This document shows, in pieces, positions 17,845 through 27,060 of a stretch of 32,669 nucleotides of DNA. A program made the translations under genes and the position numbers. This DNA comes from a virus (taxonomy: Duplodnaviria > Heunggongvirae > Uroviricota > Caudoviricetes). How positions within the stretch are numbered: the first letter of the stretch is position 1; each line of letters starts with the position of its first letter. The stretch lies in the IMG/VR virus record IMGVR_UViG_3300037189_028117, positions 82,977 through 115,645 of that record. The stretch is one strand, 5' to 3'. The notes below the pieces were generated by a model that was given only the letters and a program-made list of their open reading frames with translations, did no database searches and was not told the DNA's origin.

Positions 17845-18492
17845 ATGCCAAGAGGTTACTCAACAATATCAAGAATTTCTGACGAAGAATCAGGTTATGA
17901 AGTAGAAAAAGCCGATAATCTTTCCCCTTGGATGAATTATCTAGCTAACAGATTAAATGGATCTAAACAAGATGTTACCACATCTGCTCCAATTAATCAA
18001 CAAGTTTCTTCCTATGTTAATTCAAAAAAACCAATCTATGCCACCGTTAATGATGCCGTGGAAGATTATAAACAAAGAACCGGTTTGGCAAAATATCTCG
18101 ATTCTATTAAACAAGCCAATAAAAAAAGTCCAAAAGAATTGGTTATGGAAATCAAAGCTTCTTGCGAAATTCCAAAAACTCTTCTTAAATTCGATTGCGC
18201 CGATGAAATTGTTTCTTTTGTTAAAAATTTGATAAAAAATAACAATGGCCTCGGTTGCTCCGTTCCCCAACTTCAATATGATATATTGTCAACTTTCTCC
18301 CCAAGCAAATGTCCAATTTCCGAACAAGATTTAAACGAATCCGATGTTATAGAGTTCCTTAACGAATGCATTGCGGAAGAAAGAAAGTCCGTTCCAAAAG
18401 ATATGACCCAAATGAACTTGGGTCTCGGTCTCGGAAAGGATGTCGAAGATCAAAGACAAGAAGAATTCTTCTCTTCCGATTTGTATAAATAA
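17845..18492 (+). CDS. Hypothetical head-module protein
   Basis: 215 aa, AAGG SD, strong C-ending codon bias. Confidence 0.75.
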   Translation: MPRGYSTISRISDEESGYEVEKADNLSPWMNYLANRLNGSKQDVTTSAPINQQVSSYVNSKKPIYATVNDAVEDYKQRTGLAKYLDSIKQANKKSPKELVMEIKASCEIPKTLLKFDCADEIVSFVKNLIKNNNGLGCSVPQLQYDILSTFSPSKCPISEQDLNESDVIEFLNECIAEERKSVPKDMTQMNLGLGLGKDVEDQRQEEFFSSDLYK

Positions 18493-18508
18493 CAAGAGAT
18501 GGTAAGTT

Positions 18509-19075
18509 TTGTATTTTGTATATTGTATAAGAAATAAAATAAATAATAAATTGTATATAGGTTGGACAACCGATTATAAAGGTAGATGGAAAACTGAAAT
18601 AAATAGAGCTTTTAATCTTAATTCAAGAGAATATCACGTTTTATTATCAAGAGCTTTTAGGAAGTATGCTAAAACAAATAAAGAAGTAAAAGATTATTTT
18701 GATTTCTTTGTTTTGGAAGAGTTTGACAATAAAGAAGAATCTCTTGATGCGGAAGCATTTTGGATCGAATTTTTCCGAACCGATATAACAAGATATGGAG
18801 ATGCTTATGGTTATAATCAACACCATGGAGGTTCTTGCGGAATTCTTGGTTATAAATTCACTCCGGAACAAAAAAAGAAATTGTCTTTGAAAAGAAAAGG
18901 GGAAAATAATTCGGCCGCAAAATTGAATTGGCAAAAAGTTGATGAAATTCGACATAAATATAAAAGTGGCGAATTTTCTCTTGGAACACTATCGAAAGAG
19001 TATGAAGTAAGCAAATCTTCAATAGCAAGGGTAGTTTCAAATAAATATTGGAAAAAGGATGATTATGAGCCTTGA
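18509..19075 (+). CDS. GIY-YIG homing endonuclease with NUMOD3-like and C-terminal HTH domains
   Basis: FVYCIRNKINNKLYIGWT, R, E-F-W-I, GYN, FTPEQKKKLSLKRKGENNSAAKL, SIARVVSNKYW. Confidence 0.9.
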   Translation: MYFVYCIRNKINNKLYIGWTTDYKGRWKTEINRAFNLNSREYHVLLSRAFRKYAKTNKEVKDYFDFFVLEEFDNKEESLDAEAFWIEFFRTDITRYGDAYGYNQHHGGSCGILGYKFTPEQKKKLSLKRKGENNSAAKLNWQKVDEIRHKYKSGEFSLGTLSKEYEVSKSSIARVVSNKYWKKDDYEP

Positions 19076-21317
19076 TATTTTTGAACAATTAAAAAATAAT
19101 GTTTCCAATATTGATCCAATTTTCTTTGTTGAGAAAAATTTAATGTTGGAAGGAGAACCTTTTAAATTAAATGGGAATGGCTACAAGCCGTTTGTGGAAA
19201 TTTATAGAAAAATCGTGTTATCGGCCTCAAACGAAGATTCTAAGCCATTTATATTGGTTAAAGGCCGCCAAATCGGGGGGACAGTGATGGCCGCAGCCCT
19301 AGAAGCCTACTTTATGGCATCAGGATTATACGGATGCAACGGCAAGCCACCAATAAGAATAATACATGCGTTTCCAAATCTCATACATGTATTTACATAT
19401 GCGAAGACAAAATTAAATCCAATCATAAGAGGAGCGCGACCTTATGACAAGCCAATTCGAGGAAAGAAAGTTTCAATATTGGAAGCAAAATTGGATAAGA
19501 GTTCCGAATCATCAGATTCTTTGCAATACAAGCAATTTGAGGGAGGAAACTTTTTAAGAATTGAATCAACGGGATTAGATGCGGACAGATTAAGAGGTGG
19601 TACGGTAGATGCAATATTTTATGACGAATGTTTTCCATATGATCAATTAATAGAAACGATTGATGGAAAAATAAAAATTGGCGAAATATATGACAAATAT
19701 ATAAATAACGAATCAATACCTTTGGTAAAGTCTTATAATGAAAATTTAAATATTTTTGAATATAAAAATGTAACAAAAGCTTGGGACAGGGGGAAAAAGA
19801 GTTTAGTATCAGTACATTGTGATGGAATATCATTTTCATGTACAAAAGATCATAAATTTTTAACAGATTCTGGGTGGAGACCAGTATCTAGTATAAATCA
19901 CAATGGGGTTATAAAAAATTCAAATAATGAATACTCTGATGTATTATCAATTATAAAATTAAATAAAGAAGAAAGAGTATATGATATAGAAGTTGAAGAT
20001 AATCATAATTTTGTAATATGCAATGAAGAGATTGGATTAATAGCGCATAACTGTCAAGACACACCAAAGGTAGCAATACAGAATGCGAACAAGTTATTAA
20101 CAAAAGCGAAGTATGGTTCAAGAAGAGGAGGAATTCAAGTTTATTTTGGAACTCCAAAGCAAAGGGGATCATTTTATTATGAATTATGGACAAAATCATC
20201 TCAACAATTTTATTATTTAGGATGTGAAAAGTGTGAAAAACATTTTCCATTATATACACCTGGTTCCAGTGATTGGGAAAAGATATGGCTATACGGATAC
20301 ATAGTTAAATGTGTACATTGTGGTCATACACAAGATAAGAGAGATGCAGCGGAGCGGGGAAAGTGGGTAGGAACACGGCCCGAAGACGAATGTGAATTGG
20401 TAGGATATCATATTAACCAGATGTACAATCCAAGAATCACAAGGGAAGATATGGAATATGAAAAGCCGGAAAATCATCCAATCAATACGGAAAGAGCGTG
20501 GCAAAACGAAGTATTGGGAGAGTTTTTTGCTGGTGAGATGGGTCCATTAACTGCCGAGCAAATAGAAGAAAAGTGTGCCGATATAGGCAGACAAATGAGC
20601 AGTGGAATAACCTTAGATAAGGGCAAGAAAGTTTATGTAGGTTTTGACTGGGGAAAGAGAAGTGATGCGGATGCGGTAGGAGCGGCCGAGGCAAAGAAAG
20701 CTGGAGGGCAATCATATTCAACATGTGTGGTTCTTGTTGAGAATGGACATCAATTATCTATTGAGTATGCAACAATAATAAAGAAAAACGATTTTGAATA
20801 TAAAAAGAATTTCGTTGATGAAATTATGAGAAAGTACAGCGTAACGCAGGCAGTAGGAGATATAGGTTATGCAGGAGATTTAAGTGAAGTATTGCATCAT
20901 AAATATGGCGATAGATTTGTTACATCAAATTTATTATCAAAAGTAAATGGTTATGCCAAATTTAATGATCAACAAGATCCAAAAGTTATATTGGTTGAAA
21001 GAGAGCATTATTTGGAAGAATTATTTTCTGTGATGAAGAAAGGATTAATAAGATTTCCTTGGGGAGATTGGGAGAAAATATCTTGGTTAATACAACATTG
21101 TACATCAATGGAAGTTAAAACAACATTAAATGCGGTTCATGAACCAGTTAGAAGATATGTAAAAGGAAACGGGCCAAACGATGGTTTAATGGCACTCTTA
21201 AATGCTTATATAGCTTATAAATTTGTTTCAACGAATGGATTTAATCAAGCAAATCCATTATTATATAAAGAAAAGAAAAAGGGTCCAATGGTTGTCACAG
21301 GATATTGTCCAAGATGA
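19065..21317 (+). CDS. terL: Terminase large subunit (GpA-like) containing a mini-intein
   Basis: KGRQIG Walker A, DRLRG, AIFYDE Walker B, GTPK, CEKC/CVHC Zn finger, GYHINQMYNP, NEVLGE, nuclease YVGFDWG and PNDGLMA. Confidence 0.92.
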   Translation: MSLDIFEQLKNNVSNIDPIFFVEKNLMLEGEPFKLNGNGYKPFVEIYRKIVLSASNEDSKPFILVKGRQIGGTVMAAALEAYFMASGLYGCNGKPPIRIIHAFPNLIHVFTYAKTKLNPIIRGARPYDKPIRGKKVSILEAKLDKSSESSDSLQYKQFEGGNFLRIESTGLDADRLRGGTVDAIFYDECFPYDQLIETIDGKIKIGEIYDKYINNESIPLVKSYNENLNIFEYKNVTKAWDRGKKSLVSVHCDGISFSCTKDHKFLTDSGWRPVSSINHNGVIKNSNNEYSDVLSIIKLNKEERVYDIEVEDNHNFVICNEEIGLIAHNCQDTPKVAIQNANKLLTKAKYGSRRGGIQVYFGTPKQRGSFYYELWTKSSQQFYYLGCEKCEKHFPLYTPGSSDWEKIWLYGYIVKCVHCGHTQDKRDAAERGKWVGTRPEDECELVGYHINQMYNPRITREDMEYEKPENHPINTERAWQNEVLGEFFAGEMGPLTAEQIEEKCADIGRQMSSGITLDKGKKVYVGFDWGKRSDADAVGAAEAKKAGGQSYSTCVVLVENGHQLSIEYATIIKKNDFEYKKNFVDEIMRKYSVTQAVGDIGYAGDLSEVLHHKYGDRFVTSNLLSKVNGYAKFNDQQDPKVILVEREHYLEELFSVMKKGLIRFPWGDWEKISWLIQHCTSMEVKTTLNAVHEPVRRYVKGNGPNDGLMALLNAYIAYKFVSTNGFNQANPLLYKEKKKGPMVVTGYCPR
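19629..20051 (+). mobile_element. Mini-intein (141 aa, no endonuclease) in the terminase
   Basis: Starts CFPYDQLI, has block B CTKDHKFL, ends VYDIEVEDNHNF...IAHN; +1 residue is Cys; inserted directly after Walker B DE. Confidence 0.93.
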
Positions 21318-22018
21318 TATGCAGCAAATGCAAAGAAGAAAAGGATTTAAATTGTTTTTATTTAAGAAAAGATACAAATAGTTATAGAAAAACGTGCAAT
21401 GATTGTAGGTTAAAATATAACAAAAACTATTATCAAAACAATAAGGAAACAATCAATAAATCCAATAAAAATTGGAGAATTAAAAATAAGAAAAGAAAAC
21501 TAAATATTAATAAATCTTATGAAAATAAAAAATATTATTTAAATAATAAAGATAAGATAAGGGAATATAACAAGAAATATTATAAAGAAAATAAAAGAAA
21601 AATCCTGGATAATAATTTGAAATTGGCAAAAGAAAAGCCAAAAGATTCAAAATTTCGGATTAAAAGATCATTTTCTTTATTATTAAGAGGCAAGTTAAAA
21701 AATAAAAATATTGAAAAGAAAAATTCAACATTTGATATTTTGGGATATTCGGTTGAAGATTTGAAGGCTCATATTGAATCCTTATTTGAAGAGTGGATGA
21801 CTTGGGAGAACTGGGGAAGATATGAGATTGATTCTTGGAAAGAAGATGATAAATCCACATGGAAATGGAATATAGATCATATTATTCCGGAATCATTGTT
21901 TAATTATAAAGATATAAATGATAATGAATTTAAAGAATGTTGGTCATTGAAAAACCTTCGACCTTATTCGGCAAAATTAAATGTTTTGGAAGGAACATTA
22001 AGAATAAGACACAAATAA
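21314..22018 (+). CDS. HNH homing endonuclease (paralog of 3270-4115)
   Basis: CSKC...CNDC, WMTWENWG...WNIDHIIP...CWSLKNLRPYSAKLN; ATGA overlap with the terL stop. Confidence 0.85.
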   Translation: MICSKCKEEKDLNCFYLRKDTNSYRKTCNDCRLKYNKNYYQNNKETINKSNKNWRIKNKKRKLNINKSYENKKYYLNNKDKIREYNKKYYKENKRKILDNNLKLAKEKPKDSKFRIKRSFSLLLRGKLKNKNIEKKNSTFDILGYSVEDLKAHIESLFEEWMTWENWGRYEIDSWKEDDKSTWKWNIDHIIPESLFNYKDINDNEFKECWSLKNLRPYSAKLNVLEGTLRIRHK

Positions 22019-22060
22019 TTCACTATTATTTTAACATGTTATATATATTTGTGGAGAAAT

Positions 22061-25006
22061 ATGGATAAAAAAGTTATTTTAAAGAAAGGTGAAGGAATTC
22101 CAACAATTACAACTGAGACATTGAATTCGGTATCTTCTGTAAGAAGAGAAAAGTTGGAACAAGAAATTCAAGAGGGTAAGTTTTTTCACAAGGAATTATC
22201 GGCCGAGTTTAAACAAAGACCAACATCCGGATTTTCGGCGATGCTAATGAAGAAAGCAAATTATTCAAATGATACGGGGGGAACGGGAGCTGGATGGAGA
22301 GGTCCCGGAGGAACAACGAGGCAAATGCCGGAAGTTTATTCTCCATTATGGTTAAATTCAAATTTAAATCTCCCAAGAGACCGGGCAACGATAAACGCAT
22401 GGTGCAGATCATTTTTTGCATTAAATCCTATTGTTCAAAATGCAATTTCTTTGCATTCAACTTATCCAATTTCTAAACTAAATATAAAATGTAAAGATCC
22501 TGAAATAAATCGTTTTTTTGAAACGATGATTGAGGAGACGGATTTATTAAATGTATGTATTCAAGTTGCGCAAGAATTTTGGACTTTGGGGGAAGCATTT
22601 GTTTATGCGGAATTGGATGAAACAAATGGTAAATGGGGAAGATTGGTTATTCAAAATCCGGATTACATAAATGTTCAAAGAAGCACAATTTCTGGGGAGC
22701 CCATAATATCTTTACGACCTGATGAAAATCTTAAAAGAATTGTTAACGGAAATAAACCATCCGAGATACAACAAAGACAACAATTGGATCGAAATATAAT
22801 TGAGCATGTTAGAAGGAATGAAAATATTCCTTTGAGCAATTTTTATGTATCTCATATTCCTAGAAAGATTGCACCTTATGAAATAAGAGGGACTGGATTA
22901 CCTGTATCTGTATTCCGTCAGCTTATGCTCTTCGATAAGATTCGCGAGTGTTATTCGGAAGATACAGAAGTTTTAACAAATCTTGGTTATAAAAAAATAA
23001 ATGAATTATTAGAATTTTGCCAATTTAAAGAAGGTGATAATTTCCAGGTTGGAACTTGGAAAGATGAGAGTGGTAATTTACATGGAGTTAAATTAAGAGA
23101 AGATATTCTTATTGCATGTATGAATGCAAAAAATAAAAATATAGAATATCATAAACCAACAAATTTTCATATTTCTGATTATGAAGGAAATATGATGCAT
23201 TTCATTGGAAAGAAAGTTGATATACTCGTTACACCTGAACATGATATGTGGGCAGAAAAATGTGACATCAAAAATTCAAAATATGAAAAGATAAAAGCTC
23301 AAGATATGTTGAAAACAAAAAAGTTTTGGAAATTTCAAACGATGGCAAACCATATTGGGAATGATCCAGAATTTATTGAGGTTTGTGAAAAACAAATTCC
23401 AATTGATCTTTATTTAAAAGTTCTTGGGTACATTGTATCCGAGGGTTGTATTTATTCAAATTATAAAAATGGAAGATATGATTCTTTTATAAGAATAAGT
23501 CAATTAACATCTAGTGATGCCTATGATGATATGAGATCTTCATTTGAAGAGTTTGCTAAAATTTTGGATAAGAATAATAATTCTTATGTTTCTTTATCTG
23601 GTTATGGGTTTAGCGAACATTGTCCAAAAGAAAAATGGACGGCAACAATTAATGGTAAGAGGATTTGTGAACATTTTATAAATTCAGTTGGGACTGATGT
23701 AAACACAAAATCTTTATACAAAAAACTTCCAAGATGGGTTTTTGATCTTTCGTCTTCGAGAATGGAAATTTTGTTAAATGCATTGGTTAAAGGTGATGGT
23801 AATGAATCTTTATCAAAATACAATGGAAAATCCAAAAACTTTTATTATTCAACAATTTCTGAACAATTAGCAAATGATGTTTATGAACTTGTTTATAAAA
23901 CAGGGAAAGCTCCAAATCTTGGGGTTTATGAAGCAGTTAAATCACATGGAAAACTTGTTAAAGAATTTAGAGTTCTTTGGTCAACAACAAATTATGGAAA
24001 AAATCCAACCGTTTGTTCTTTTAATAAAACTGAAAGAAACAATGGTGGTGGAGCTGTAATTAAAGAAATTCCTTATTCTGGTAAAGTTTGGTGTTTTGAA
24101 GTTCCAACTGGATTATTTATAACAAGAAGAAATTACAAAACAACAATTCAAGGAAATTGTAAATTTGCTCAAGCTGATAGCATGATAAACCCACTAACTT
24201 TAGTTAAAGTTGGTGGCGGAGCTGACAATTTTAGACCTGGCCCAGAAGATATAAATTTATTAAAAAATACATTTGAAGAAGCATATGCGGATAAGAATTT
24301 CAAGATATTTACCCATGATGCAGTTACGGTTGAACCAATAGGTTTTGGTTCAGGAATTTATGATACATCAGGAGACATTACCCAATTAATAAAAGAAATT
24401 TATATAGGTTTGATGGTTCCTTCTGTTGTTATGGATGGAGGTGGAGATATAACATATGAAAACGGTGGTGTATCTTTGGATGTATTAAGACAAAGATATA
24501 TGTCATTTAGAAACATGTTATCTTCATGGTTAAGAAGAAAAATATTTGCTCCAATATCTAAAATTCATGATTTTTATGAAGTAAAAGATGGAAAGAAAAT
24601 GCTAATAGTTCCAGAGATAGAATGGAATCACATGAGCATGTTTGATGTTGGAACTTATGTTGGCAATTTAAATACTTTATTGGGAGCAGAGCCAAGAAAG
24701 GTATCATTACATACAGTATATAAATCTTTAGGTTTAGAGTATGAAGAAGAAATGAGAAGAATAAGGCAAGAAAATATAGATATAGTTCTTCAAAAGAGAG
24801 AGTTAGAAACATTAGATACTTTGAATTTGTCAGAGTTAAAAACACTAACGGATATATCTGAGTTAAAAGAAAGAAAACAAAAACCAATACCTGGAGAACA
24901 AGAAGCTTTACCGGGAGAGGAAGGTGGAATGCCTGGTATGGATTTAGGAATGCCATCTGGTGATATTGGTTTACCAAGCCAAGCGCCACCTGAACCGCAG
25001 CTTTAA
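22061..25006 (+). CDS. Portal protein containing a LAGLIDADG intein
   Basis: NPIVQNAI, EFWTLGEAFVY, NPDYINV, HIPRK..PYEIRGTG..SVFRQL pattern; position after terL; ATG at 22061 follows a GGAG SD. Confidence 0.82.
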   Translation: MDKKVILKKGEGIPTITTETLNSVSSVRREKLEQEIQEGKFFHKELSAEFKQRPTSGFSAMLMKKANYSNDTGGTGAGWRGPGGTTRQMPEVYSPLWLNSNLNLPRDRATINAWCRSFFALNPIVQNAISLHSTYPISKLNIKCKDPEINRFFETMIEETDLLNVCIQVAQEFWTLGEAFVYAELDETNGKWGRLVIQNPDYINVQRSTISGEPIISLRPDENLKRIVNGNKPSEIQQRQQLDRNIIEHVRRNENIPLSNFYVSHIPRKIAPYEIRGTGLPVSVFRQLMLFDKIRECYSEDTEVLTNLGYKKINELLEFCQFKEGDNFQVGTWKDESGNLHGVKLREDILIACMNAKNKNIEYHKPTNFHISDYEGNMMHFIGKKVDILVTPEHDMWAEKCDIKNSKYEKIKAQDMLKTKKFWKFQTMANHIGNDPEFIEVCEKQIPIDLYLKVLGYIVSEGCIYSNYKNGRYDSFIRISQLTSSDAYDDMRSSFEEFAKILDKNNNSYVSLSGYGFSEHCPKEKWTATINGKRICEHFINSVGTDVNTKSLYKKLPRWVFDLSSSRMEILLNALVKGDGNESLSKYNGKSKNFYYSTISEQLANDVYELVYKTGKAPNLGVYEAVKSHGKLVKEFRVLWSTTNYGKNPTVCSFNKTERNNGGGAVIKEIPYSGKVWCFEVPTGLFITRRNYKTTIQGNCKFAQADSMINPLTLVKVGGGADNFRPGPEDINLLKNTFEEAYADKNFKIFTHDAVTVEPIGFGSGIYDTSGDITQLIKEIYIGLMVPSVVMDGGGDITYENGGVSLDVLRQRYMSFRNMLSSWLRRKIFAPISKIHDFYEVKDGKKMLIVPEIEWNHMSMFDVGTYVGNLNTLLGAEPRKVSLHTVYKSLGLEYEEEMRRIRQENIDIVLQKRELETLDTLNLSELKTLTDISELKERKQKPIPGEQEALPGEEGGMPGMDLGMPSGDIGLPSQAPPEPQL
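22949..24157 (+). mobile_element. Full intein (403 aa) with a LAGLIDADG endonuclease, in the portal
   Basis: Starts CYSEDTEVLT, block B VTPEHDM, LGYIVSEG and ALVKGDG motifs, ends VWCFEVPTGLF...IQGN; +1 residue is Cys. Confidence 0.93.
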
Positions 25007-25036
25007 TCAATAAAATGGCATTTATCCGAGGATTGA

Positions 25037-27058
25037 ATGAATAAAAATGACCGCATAAAAGAGCTTAAAAAAATTTCTCAACAAATGTCATTTTGGAACA
25101 AAGTGCGTCCTGGTGGTTTTGTTACAAAGCTTGAGGAAAAATTATTCAAAGATTTTGCTCTTAAGATGGAAGAGTTAAGAGATATAGATTCCGTGTTAAG
25201 AGGTATTGCTCTTGGAGAAAACAGAACAGGAAAATCTGTAAAAGATTTAGTTGGAGGAATTGATTATTATTATAAAAACAATCGTTTTGTTGATGCAATG
25301 TTTTTAATGTATCAATTCAATGATGTTTTGGTTGAAATAATAACTGCTGGTGATAAAGAAATTCCATCTTTAAAAGATATAAAGCAATTTTATGATAAAG
25401 ATTTTGAAGTTCCGGAAAAATTAAATTATTTACCAGAAACTGATTTATCCGTATTTCCAAAAGAAGCTCAACTTGCTCAAAATTTATATAAGAAATTTTT
25501 TGGATCTCCATTAGAAAAAGCTTTTGCATCTGAAGTTGCAAAAAGAAAAGCTGGGGTTGGAAGGGCAGTTTCTGCTACAGCAAATATGCTAGCTTCTTTG
25601 CTTGGTATGTTTGATAGAATGGGGTTATATGTTTCTGGTGGTAAAATTGATAAATGGCTTGATGAATTTAAAAAAATAAAAGCAATGCAATCAAGATATA
25701 AAAATGTACTTGATACAGTATATATTCAATCAGTAAAAGATTTGGTTGCAAAAGCAAGAGAAATAGGAAAAAGCGAAGAACTTGGAACAAAAGAATCTTT
25801 AAATAAAGTTGAAAAAGCGGTTGGGGAAGTCTCTCAACAAACCATTTCTGAATTACCAAAAGAATATGTAAAAGAAAATATTGTTAAAAAGAAAGAATTA
25901 ACAAAAGAAGAAATTGTTGAATTAAATCCATCTGACCAAGCGACCCTTGGGAAAACAACTTCTACAACATTAGCTAATGATTTAAAGCCTGGGGATAAAT
26001 TAAACGATAAAGATGGGGTTCCAGTTGCAGAAGTATCTAATGAAGGTTTATCTGTAAAACTTCAAATTGGTGAAAAGTTAATTCCTTGGGAAAAAGTTAA
26101 TGATTATTATAAATATATAAATGATATTTCAAGTAACCTTACAAAACCTTACATTGGTGAATTATCTATTGTAAAAAAAGAAGAACCAGTATCTGGGGTT
26201 GTTGAAGGCGAAGGAAAATCTAAATATAAAGATTTTTTTGATAATTTTTCAAAAATAAACAAATCAAAACAAAACCAAGTAATTTCTGTATTGAGAGAGA
26301 TCTTAACTGAAGGAGAGGAAGTCACTGATGGTGACGTTATAGTTATTGAAGATGAAATTATAGCTGAGCCAAAAGGTGGAATTTTATTATTTCCCGAGAT
26401 TAAAACCGAAAATGGAGAGTTAGAAATTCCTTTAAACAAAATAGAAGACATCGTTGAAAAAACAAAGATGTTACCATCTGCTCCTCAGGAAGTTCAAATT
26501 ATAAATAAAGAAGATATTGATGATAAAATTGATGAAACATCAAATATAATATTATCAAAAGATTTGGTAAATAAAATAAAAAATTCAAAACCATATGAAT
26601 CTATTGGTGCGGTTCCTTTTATAGAAGCTGATGAATTATTAATTGTATTTGCTGGAGATCAAAGAATGTTTACTGGCGAAGATCAATTAGTTGAAGCAGA
26701 AAATTACTTAGCCGAATTATTTGGAAAACCGGTTACTTTAGTAACAGATGATAATATGTTAAGTGAAGCTGAAGATTTTGAATCTAATGATATAAAATTC
26801 TTTATGCCAACTATTTTAATTGAAAAAGAAGATTTAAAATTTAAAGATAAAAAAGATATCGAAGTTGAAGAAGAAGTAATAGTACCAAGTCAAAAACTAA
26901 AATATGAAGAAGTTCCAAAAGTACCAACTCCATGGGATGAAGAAGATATTTCCGATGAAGATTTTGAAAAATTAATGGAAGAAGCTGGAATTTCACCAAA
27001 ATCTGCAAAAGATAAAAATATTATATTAAAAACAATCAAGGAAGTTTTTAAAGGTTAA
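25037..27058 (+). CDS. Large hypothetical head-module protein
   Basis: 673 aa; helical N-half and acidic C-half; no family recognised. Confidence 0.75.
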   Translation: MNKNDRIKELKKISQQMSFWNKVRPGGFVTKLEEKLFKDFALKMEELRDIDSVLRGIALGENRTGKSVKDLVGGIDYYYKNNRFVDAMFLMYQFNDVLVEIITAGDKEIPSLKDIKQFYDKDFEVPEKLNYLPETDLSVFPKEAQLAQNLYKKFFGSPLEKAFASEVAKRKAGVGRAVSATANMLASLLGMFDRMGLYVSGGKIDKWLDEFKKIKAMQSRYKNVLDTVYIQSVKDLVAKAREIGKSEELGTKESLNKVEKAVGEVSQQTISELPKEYVKENIVKKKELTKEEIVELNPSDQATLGKTTSTTLANDLKPGDKLNDKDGVPVAEVSNEGLSVKLQIGEKLIPWEKVNDYYKYINDISSNLTKPYIGELSIVKKEEPVSGVVEGEGKSKYKDFFDNFSKINKSKQNQVISVLREILTEGEEVTDGDVIVIEDEIIAEPKGGILLFPEIKTENGELEIPLNKIEDIVEKTKMLPSAPQEVQIINKEDIDDKIDETSNIILSKDLVNKIKNSKPYESIGAVPFIEADELLIVFAGDQRMFTGEDQLVEAENYLAELFGKPVTLVTDDNMLSEAEDFESNDIKFFMPTILIEKEDLKFKDKKDIEVEEEVIVPSQKLKYEEVPKVPTPWDEEDISDEDFEKLMEEAGISPKSAKDKNIILKTIKEVFKG

Positions 27059-27060
27059 AA

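Noticed and set aside
18509-22018. Group I introns housing the endonucleases
   Set aside because: The flanking genes are complete on both sides and the overlaps leave no room for a ribozyme core.
16565-22948. Diversity-generating retroelement as the cause of the A>G / T>C bias
   Set aside because: No reverse transcriptase or TR/VR pair in the window, and the bias is synonymous, kilobases wide and mirror-symmetric.
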